In this document: positions 57,535-64,000 of the stretch, in pieces
How the letters are laid out: each line of letters starts with the position of its first letter
How positions within the stretch are numbered: the stretch's first letter is position 1
The notes under the pieces: generated by a model
Database searches by the model: none
Told to the model about the DNA's origin: nothing
The model's input: only the letters and a program-made list of their open reading frames with translations
NCBI GenBank assembly: GCA_041690595.1
Contig: JAWLHB010000010.1
Location: forward strand, 62,001 to 126,000
Length of the DNA stretch: 64,000 nt
Direction: 5' to 3'
Origin: Lentisphaeria bacterium
GTDB lineage: Bacteria > Verrucomicrobiota > Lentisphaeria > JABSQK01 > JAWLHB01
Made by a program: the position numbers and the translations under genes

Positions 57535-58971
57535 ATGAGTGAAAGCATACATGCGCGAGTGGTGGTCATAGGCGGTGGTCCCGGTGGGTACGCGGCAGCT
57601 TTCAAGGCAGCCGATCTGGGGCTGGAGGTGACGTTGATCGACGAGGGCGAGAACCCGGGAGGCGTCTGCCTCTACCGCGGCTGCATACCGTCGAAAGCGC
57701 TGCTGCACGCGGCCAAACTGATCAATGAAACGCATGAAGCCGGGGAGATGGGGATCACCTTTACCGAGCCCGAAATCGATCTCACCAGGATGCGCGCGTG
57801 GAAGGAGAGTGTCGTCAAGCGGCTTACCGGCGGTCTCGGTCAGCTCACCAAGGCGCGCAACATCCGCTATCTGCGGGGGACGGCGGCCTTTACGGATTCC
57901 ACCACCCTTGCCGTCGATCTTGTAGATGGTGAGGAGCAGATCGTCACCTTCGACAATGCGATCATAGCGGCCGGCTCGTCGGCGACGCGTATTCCCGGGT
58001 TGTGGATCGACAGCCCGCGGATGATCGATTCCACCGGCGCGCTGGAGATTCCGGATATCCCGGGCAGCATGCTGGTGATCGGCGGCGGCTATATCGGCCT
58101 GGAAATGGGGACGGTCTATGCATCGCTGGGTACACGGGTTTCCGTGGTCGAGATGCTCTCCGGGATTCTTCCCGGCGCCGATCGAGATCTGGCCGACGTC
58201 CTCAAGAAGCGCCTGGACAAGCTCTTCCACGAAATCATGCTGGAAACCAGTGTCACTGGTCTGAAAGAGACGGACGACGGTATTGAGGTCACTTTTGAGG
58301 GAGAGAATGTGACGGAGAAGACGCAGCTCTTCGACAAGGTGCTGATGTGCGTGGGCCGGAAGCCGAACAGCGCGAATCTCGGGTTGGATAAGGCGAGCGT
58401 GCAGGTGGGGATGCGAGGTTTCATCACGACGGATCAGCAGTGCCGCACGAACATTCCCCACATCTTTGCCATCGGCGATATTGCGGGTGAACCGATGTTG
58501 GCGCACAAGGCGTCCCATGAGGGGATGGTGGCGGCCGAGGCCATTGCCGGCGAAAAGGTTGCCTTTGAACCTCACGCCATACCCGGTGTCGTCTTCACCG
58601 ATCCCGAACTGGCCTGGTGCGGCTTGACGGAGGCGGAGGCCGCCCGGCGTGACATGGAGGTCAAGGTGGTTCGCTTTCCCTGGGCCGCTTCCGGACGCGC
58701 CACCACTCTGGCGCGCAATGACGGCATCACCAAGCTGCTGATTGACCCGCGGACCGAGCGAATCCTCGGTGTCGGCATCTGCGGCTATGGCGCGGGCGAG
58801 ATGATCTCGGAAGGCGTGCTGGCGGTGGAAATGGCAGCGCTGGCCTCCGATCTCAAACTCAGTATTCATCCCCACCCCACCCTGAGCGAGACCGTCATGG
58901 AAGCCGCCGAAAGCTTCTATGGCTCCAGTACCCATCTCTACAGGCCGCCCAAGAAGAGCGGGAAGGGCTGA
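57535..58971 (+). CDS. lpdA: Dihydrolipoamide dehydrogenase
   Basis: GGGPGGYAAA, GGVCLYRGCIPSK, GGGYIGLE, MLAHKA, HPHPTLSE. Confidence 0.96.
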   Translation: MSESIHARVVVIGGGPGGYAAAFKAADLGLEVTLIDEGENPGGVCLYRGCIPSKALLHAAKLINETHEAGEMGITFTEPEIDLTRMRAWKESVVKRLTGGLGQLTKARNIRYLRGTAAFTDSTTLAVDLVDGEEQIVTFDNAIIAAGSSATRIPGLWIDSPRMIDSTGALEIPDIPGSMLVIGGGYIGLEMGTVYASLGTRVSVVEMLSGILPGADRDLADVLKKRLDKLFHEIMLETSVTGLKETDDGIEVTFEGENVTEKTQLFDKVLMCVGRKPNSANLGLDKASVQVGMRGFITTDQQCRTNIPHIFAIGDIAGEPMLAHKASHEGMVAAEAIAGEKVAFEPHAIPGVVFTDPELAWCGLTEAEAARRDMEVKVVRFPWAASGRATTLARNDGITKLLIDPRTERILGVGICGYGAGEMISEGVLAVEMAALASDLKLSIHPHPTLSETVMEAAESFYGSSTHLYRPPKKSGKG

Positions 58972-58976
58972 ATCGC

Positions 58977-59837
58977 ATGCCAACAGCACGACGTATTCCC
59001 GGGGCGGAAAAGGCCATGCTCGGTGAGGGACCGATCTGGTATGGCGATTTGCTCTACTGGGTTGACATCGACAGCTGCCGCGTCTGGATCAGCGAACCGG
59101 AAGTTGACCGGCATCGCATGATTCAACTCGATCGCAAGGTGGGCACCGTGGTCCCGCGGGAAAGCGGTGGCCTGGTGGTCGCCTTGGCGGACGGCTTTGC
59201 TTTTCTGGATCCGGAGACCGAGGAGTTGCTGCCGATCGGTGATCCAGAGGCGGGCTTTGCGACGCGATTCAATGACGGCAAGTGCGACCCGGCCGGCCGC
59301 TTCTGGGCCGGGACCATGGCTACCGATGGCACCTCCTGCGCCGGTTCGCTTTACGTGCTTGACCGCGATCTCCAGATTCACCGGCGCCTGAGCGGCGTGA
59401 GCTGCTCCAACGGCATCTGCTGGAGCCTCGACGCCGAGACGATGTACTACATCGACACGCCGACACGTCAGGTTGCCGCTTTCGACTACGATCTGAAGAC
59501 GGGGACGATCAGCAGGCGACGGCCCGTGATCGCCATCGACAAGGCCAACGGCTCGCCGGACGGCATGACGATGGATGCTAACGGGAACCTCTGGATCGCC
59601 CTGTGGGGCGGTTGGGGCGTCGTCTGTTACGACCCGCGCACCGGTCTGCTGAAGGAGCGAATCGAGGTGCCGGCGAGTCGCGTGACGGCCTGTGCCTTTG
59701 GCGGCGAGAAGCTGGATCAGCTCTTTATCACGACCGCTCGGGTGGGCCTTGCCGACGACGAGGAACCCGAAGCGGGTGGCCTGTTCGTCGCCGATGTCGG
59801 CGTCAGGGGTTTGCCGGCAACAACCTTTTCGGGGTGA
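58977..59837 (+). CDS. SMP-30/gluconolactonase family (sugar lactonase)
   Basis: LGEGPIW, RFNDGKCDPAGRFWAG, SNGICWS, PDGMTMD, LFITTA. Confidence 0.93.
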   Translation: MPTARRIPGAEKAMLGEGPIWYGDLLYWVDIDSCRVWISEPEVDRHRMIQLDRKVGTVVPRESGGLVVALADGFAFLDPETEELLPIGDPEAGFATRFNDGKCDPAGRFWAGTMATDGTSCAGSLYVLDRDLQIHRRLSGVSCSNGICWSLDAETMYYIDTPTRQVAAFDYDLKTGTISRRRPVIAIDKANGSPDGMTMDANGNLWIALWGGWGVVCYDPRTGLLKERIEVPASRVTACAFGGEKLDQLFITTARVGLADDEEPEAGGLFVADVGVRGLPATTFSG

Positions 59838-59839
59838 CC

Positions 59840-60805
59840 ATGAAGTTTCTGAGTTGCGACTGGGGAACCACCACCTTTCGCGTCCGCCTGGTTGATGGGG
59901 AAGAGAAGGAGCCGAAGATCCGCGGAGAAATCCGCACCAGCGACGGTTGCCGGAGCCTCTCCACCGGAGGAGCGGCGGGGTACGCGCGGGTGCTCGAAGC
60001 ACAGGCCTTGGCCATGGCACGCCAGTATGGTGTGGACGAGAATCTTCCCGTCGTCATCAGCGGCATGGCGAGTTCATCGATCGGCTGGCGTGAGCTGCCG
60101 TATGCCCACCTGCCCTTCAGCGTGGACGGGGACGACCTGCGGGTGACAACCATGGGCGAGACGCGCCTGATCCTGCTGGTGTCCGGCGTGGCCGATACGG
60201 CGGATGTCATGCGGGGTGAGGAAAGTGAGGTCATCGGGCTCTTTCAGGACGATCGTTTTCCCCAGGAAGCAGGAGAGCATTGCCGCCTGATCCTGCCCGG
60301 AACGCACAGCAAGCATATCGACATCACCCAGCGCAGCGTTACCAGCTTCCGCACGCACATGACAGGTGAACTCTTCGAGATCCTGGCGCGTCATTCTGTT
60401 CTGGCGCGGTCGCTGCCGGATCCCGAGACACGACCAGAAACCGATCTGCCGGCTTTTCGCTTGGGTATCGAACGCTCGGGCGAAGGGGCTCTGACGCACC
60501 TTCTCTTCAGCGTCCGGACGAACCAATTGTTCGAGACAATGGCGGCGCCGGCGAATCATGCTTACCTTAGCGGAATGCTGATCGGTCATGAGCTTCACGA
60601 TTTGCTGGAGCGTGATCGGGAGGGACCGCTGGTGATCGGCACCGCCGGGCCACTGGCCGCTCTTTATCGGGAAGGACTGGAGACGCTTGGGGCCGGGAAG
60701 CGCCTGCGGCCGTTACCCCCGGATATGATCGAGCTGGCGGTGGTGCGAGCGCACCAGCACATTCTTCAACGTCATGCATCTATCAAACCCCTGGCACCGT
60801 CATGA
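59840..60805 (+). CDS. dgoK: 2-keto-3-deoxy-galactonokinase
   Basis: DWGTTTFR, SGMASSSIGW, DVMRGEE, LPGTHSKH, MTGELF, YLSGMLIGHE. Confidence 0.92.
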   Translation: MKFLSCDWGTTTFRVRLVDGEEKEPKIRGEIRTSDGCRSLSTGGAAGYARVLEAQALAMARQYGVDENLPVVISGMASSSIGWRELPYAHLPFSVDGDDLRVTTMGETRLILLVSGVADTADVMRGEESEVIGLFQDDRFPQEAGEHCRLILPGTHSKHIDITQRSVTSFRTHMTGELFEILARHSVLARSLPDPETRPETDLPAFRLGIERSGEGALTHLLFSVRTNQLFETMAAPANHAYLSGMLIGHELHDLLERDREGPLVIGTAGPLAALYREGLETLGAGKRLRPLPPDMIELAVVRAHQHILQRHASIKPLAPS

Positions 60806-61443
60806 AGGCCTTCTCGTGGGAGCTTTACAATCGCCTGCCGGTGATCGGCATTCTTCGCAGCCTGCCCCTCGACACCCTGCGGCATCTCGTGCCGGCAGTA
60901 CAGCGCGGCGGGTTGACGTGCCTGGAAGTGACGATGAACAGTGCCGGCGCGGCTGAGCAGATCGACCGGATCCGGCAACTTGGCGGTGACGGGCTCAATG
61001 TCGGGGCAGGCACGGTCACCACTATGGAGCGCCTGGAGACCGCGCTCGCGGCGGGGGCGAGTTTCATTGTTACGCCGGTAGTGGTGCCGGAGATCATAGT
61101 TGCCTGCCGCCAAGCGTCGATCCCGGTCATGCCCGGCGCCTTTACACCTACGGAGATCTTCCAGGCATGGTCCTTGGGAGCGGATATAGTGAAGCTTTTT
61201 CCAGCCGGTCGTCTGGGGCCTGGTTACATACGCGACGTGAAGGCGCCGCTATCCGAGGTGCGCCTGCTGGCAACAGGAGGTGTGGATGTGGAGAGTCTGC
61301 CTGCCTTTCATGCCGCTGGGGCGGAAGGGTTCGGTGTCGGTTCGCCGCTTTTCGACAAGGAGCGGATCGCAGCGGGAGATTGGAACTGGCTGGAAGCTCA
61401 AGCCGGGCGCTTTGCCGCCGCCTATGCCTCGTGTTGCCGATAG
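60802..61443 (+). CDS. dgoA: KDPG/KDPGal aldolase
   Basis: IGILR, LEVT, VGAGTV, FIVTP, PGAFTPTE, VKLFPA, TGGV. Context favours dgoA over eda. Confidence 0.85.
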   Translation: MKAFSWELYNRLPVIGILRSLPLDTLRHLVPAVQRGGLTCLEVTMNSAGAAEQIDRIRQLGGDGLNVGAGTVTTMERLETALAAGASFIVTPVVVPEIIVACRQASIPVMPGAFTPTEIFQAWSLGADIVKLFPAGRLGPGYIRDVKAPLSEVRLLATGGVDVESLPAFHAAGAEGFGVGSPLFDKERIAAGDWNWLEAQAGRFAAAYASCCR

Positions 61444-61910
61444 CTTGCATCTTCCTCCCCCTGAATCGGCGCCACGCGCAGTCCGTCCTTTTCAATCGCC
61501 ACGACGCGAACGACCTGTCCGATTGCCAGCCGTTGCGGATTCATGATGCGCCACCGCCGGTCGTCGAGCCGAAGCATTTTGCGCCGCCGCACATCTTCGA
61601 TCCGGCCAATATGCCCCACCAGTCCACGCATATACGAGCCCTGGATCCTCGGCGAACGAACAAAGTCACTCGCGTACCGCCAGATATAGTAGTGGAAAAG
61701 CATGAGCAAGACCCAGGTACCCAGCGCCACCATGAACCGCAGTTGAGGAATCCGCGGCATGAATGCCGCCGCCGCGATGCTGAACAGGGCGAAAGCCACC
61801 AGGCGCGGCTTGCTGCTGAGGACGAAGAGATCCACCAGCAGCAAGAGCAGACCAACCACGATAAGCATGCCGGTGAACGTCATTAGCATGTCGAGAAGGA
61901 CGGAGTACAT
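61422..61910 (-). CDS. NfeD-like short membrane protein
   Basis: Three TM helices then an OB-fold-like tail LVGHIG...W...GQVVRVVAIEKDGLRV. Confidence 0.65.
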   Translation of the reverse strand: MYSVLLDMLMTFTGMLIVVGLLLLLVDLFVLSSKPRLVAFALFSIAAAAFMPRIPQLRFMVALGTWVLLMLFHYYIWRYASDFVRSPRIQGSYMRGLVGHIGRIEDVRRRKMLRLDDRRWRIMNPQRLAIGQVVRVVAIEKDGLRVAPIQGEEDASYRQHEA

Positions 61911-62095
61911 AGTCTGTCTACTATAGCTTCGCCCGTTGCCGAACAGGAGGTACGGGCGGAACCAGCGCCCTTTTCCGGGGTCTAAAAATTGGGGTAGCCG
62001 GGCTCGCCGAGCAGGTTGCGACAAGAGCCGCGGTGGCACTGGTGCCAGAGTGGCCACCATTGCAAAGGGACGCTTCACACCTCATCAAGATGTCC

Positions 62096-63022
62096 ATGAA
62101 AAAGAGAATCAAGCGCGTGTTCATAGGAATAAGCATCATCGTTGCAGTAGCCGTCATTGCTACCACATCATGCATCACCGCCAGTGTAGTCTGGCCGGTA
62201 AGCGGAGGTACGCTGGATAAGAAGACAGCCGGTACCTATCGCCTGATCACCCTCAATATAGCGCACGGTCGAGGCTTGGCGCTGGATCAGCGGCTGGTAC
62301 CGCTCAATCGCTTCCGCCGCAATCTGGAGGTGTTGGGAGGTTTCCTGCAGCTCTCCAACGCGGATTTTGTGGCGATGCAGGAGATCGACGCCGATTCTGA
62401 CTGGAACGGCAATTTCGATCACTTGGCGGAGATCAAATCTCACACCGACTTTGTGGATTCCGCCTTCGGGATCAACAACGTAAAGAAGGGGCGCTATCAA
62501 CTTCATTACGGGAATGCGCTGCTCTCCCGGTTTCCGATCGAGAAGAAGGAGAACTTCCCCTTCGGCAGCGCTGCGTTGGGCGAGAAGGGGTTCCTGTACA
62601 CGGAAATGGTGGTGAACGGCCACAGGCTGCCGGTGATCAATACACACTTGGACTATCGGTCGCGGGCTACGCGGATCCGTCAGCTCAAGATCCTGATTGA
62701 CTGGCTGGAAGTGCAGCGAAACGCGGATCCGGAGAACTTCATACCGCCGATCATCGTCGGTGACTTCAACAGCCGCCTGCAGAAAAAAGACAGTGCCGCG
62801 CGATATCTGTTTGACTATTTGGAGAGTATCGCCGATTATCAGGTATATCCGATGGATCGGCGAACCTTTCCCACTTATGAGCCGGCGGTGGCAATCGACC
62901 TCATGTTTATTCCGCCCCAGATCGAAGTGAAGACGATGATCGTTCCCCGAATCAAGGTTTCCGACCATCTACCAGTTATTGTCGATTTCGTCTTTCGGGG
63001 GGAGGAGAGCGACGACATATAG
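62096..63022 (+). CDS. Endonuclease/exonuclease/phosphatase family protein
   Basis: TLNIAHG, MQEID, YGNALLSR, NTHL, GDFN, ID, SDHLPV; N-terminal TM/signal segment. Confidence 0.9.
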   Translation: MKKRIKRVFIGISIIVAVAVIATTSCITASVVWPVSGGTLDKKTAGTYRLITLNIAHGRGLALDQRLVPLNRFRRNLEVLGGFLQLSNADFVAMQEIDADSDWNGNFDHLAEIKSHTDFVDSAFGINNVKKGRYQLHYGNALLSRFPIEKKENFPFGSAALGEKGFLYTEMVVNGHRLPVINTHLDYRSRATRIRQLKILIDWLEVQRNADPENFIPPIIVGDFNSRLQKKDSAARYLFDYLESIADYQVYPMDRRTFPTYEPAVAIDLMFIPPQIEVKTMIVPRIKVSDHLPVIVDFVFRGEESDDI

Positions 63023-63035
63023 GAGCGAGGGGCAG

Positions 63036-64000
63036 ATGAAGGTAGCAGTCGTTGGTGCGGGTGGTATGGGGGGCACGGTAATCAAGCATCTCCAGGCGTG
63101 TGATCGAGTCAGCGAGATTGTCGCACAGGACATTCGACAGGAGCGCGTGGCCGAGCTCGAGGAAAAGTTTGGTGTGCAGGCAACGCGCGACTACCGTGAG
63201 ATTCTCGCCGATGAGACGATTCCGCTGATCTTCGTCACGTCATCCAACGATGCGCACAAGGAGCTGACGATCGCGGCGCTGGAGGCAGGCAAGGCGGTCA
63301 TGTGCGAGAAGCCGATGGCGACGACGCTGGATGACGCGCGGGAGATGGTCAAGGCGGCCGCACGGACGGGCGGCTATCTGCAGATCGGCTTTGAACTGCG
63401 GTATTCGAAACTCTATACCAAAGTCATGGAATGGGTGGAGGCCGGCAAGCTGGGCCAGGTCGTGAATACCCATTGCTACTACATCTGCAGCGAGTTCCAT
63501 CACAAGGGCTCATGGCGCAACAAGATAGCCACGGGCGGAAACATGTTTGGCGAGAAGCTGAGCCATTATGTGGACCTGCCGCGCTGGTGGGTGGGGGCCG
63601 AGGTCCCGGTGACCGAGGTCTATTCGCTCTGTTCGCCCAATGTCATCCCCTACTACGAAGTGCGTGACAACTACCACACCAGCTACAAGTTCGCCAATGG
63701 TGCCGTCGGCCACCTGACCTTCATGATGGCGGTGGGAGCGACGTTCCGGGGCGACCCGCTGCAGAACGTGGTCTCCCAGCAGAAGGGAGACGGGCACGCG
63801 CTGCAGTACCTGATCGAAGGTACGCGTGGGGCCGCTTCGACGGATGTCTTCGACCGGCGCCTGAAGCGCTGGGAGTTCGGCGATTCCGAGCGCTGCATGA
63901 CCAGCGAGTGGGTTGAGGACCTGACTTGGGACGTCAGCGAAGACTCCATCTATTTTCACAATACGCTGGATCAGACACACGACATCGTTCGCCGGGTGGC
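63036..64000 (+). CDS. Gfo/Idh/MocA family oxidoreductase, 3'-truncated (missing from ORF track)
   Basis: Read by hand from ATG 63036: MKVAVVGAGGMG...AALEAGKAVMCEKPMA...GFELRY; no stop seen before the window end. Confidence 0.9.
   Translation, partial: MKVAVVGAGGMGGTVIKHLQACDRVSEIVAQDIRQERVAELEEKFGVQATRDYREILADETIPLIFVTSSNDAHKELTIAALEAGKAVMCEKPMATTLDDAREMVKAAARTGGYLQIGFELRYSKLYTKVMEWVEAGKLGQVVNTHCYYICSEFHHKGSWRNKIATGGNMFGEKLSHYVDLPRWWVGAEVPVTEVYSLCSPNVIPYYEVRDNYHTSYKFANGAVGHLTFMMAVGATFRGDPLQNVVSQQKGDGHALQYLIEGTRGAASTDVFDRRLKRWEFGDSERCMTSEWVEDLTWDVSEDSIYFHNTLDQTHDIVRRV

Noticed and set aside
1..64000. CRISPR arrays, tRNA/rRNA, IS elements, defence systems, known riboswitches
   Set aside because: No repeat-spacer periodicity, cloverleaf, transposase or cas motifs were recognised, and intergenic gaps are all under about 200 bp. 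This was a visual check only.

Overview
A gene-dense, GC-rich bacterial chromosome segment with about 52 CDS. I could not support any rRNA, tRNA, CRISPR array, IS element or prophage. The DUF1559/H-X9-DG prepilin-like gene, the PQQ-propeller, Gfo/Idh/MocA and BNR genes, and the bamD-lptE-efp-epmA string suggest a PVC-superphylum organism, possibly Lentisphaerae-like (inference only). Housekeeping genes include pcm, pepD, lplA, pduO, murB, fmt-rne/rng-purC-bamD-lptE-efp-epmA, an AsmA-like gene, yciB and lpdA. Sugar catabolism genes include mtlD, a PfkB kinase, lactonase-dgoK-dgoA and several oxidoreductases. The most interesting region is 26.8-37.4 kb. There an AraR-like GntR/LacI regulator heads a tight co-oriented cluster: a signal-peptide-bearing protein that resembles a phage tailspike, two unclassified TIM-barrel glycosidase-like proteins, a pilin-like DUF1559 protein and a GATase-like/HEAT protein. 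The cluster has no SusC/SusD or ABC transporter, so it is a candidate pilin-associated polysaccharide-utilisation system. Other oddities are a PilT with an MshEN-like N-terminus in tandem with a second PilT, a divergent cNMP-domain/D-lactate dehydrogenase fusion, an RNase E/G with a ~210-aa disordered insertion inside S1, and an exported Cys-repeat rhodanese behind an Irr/Fur-like operator. All family calls come from motif recognition by eye; no database searches were run. Many start codons were re-picked from RBS and overlap logic.
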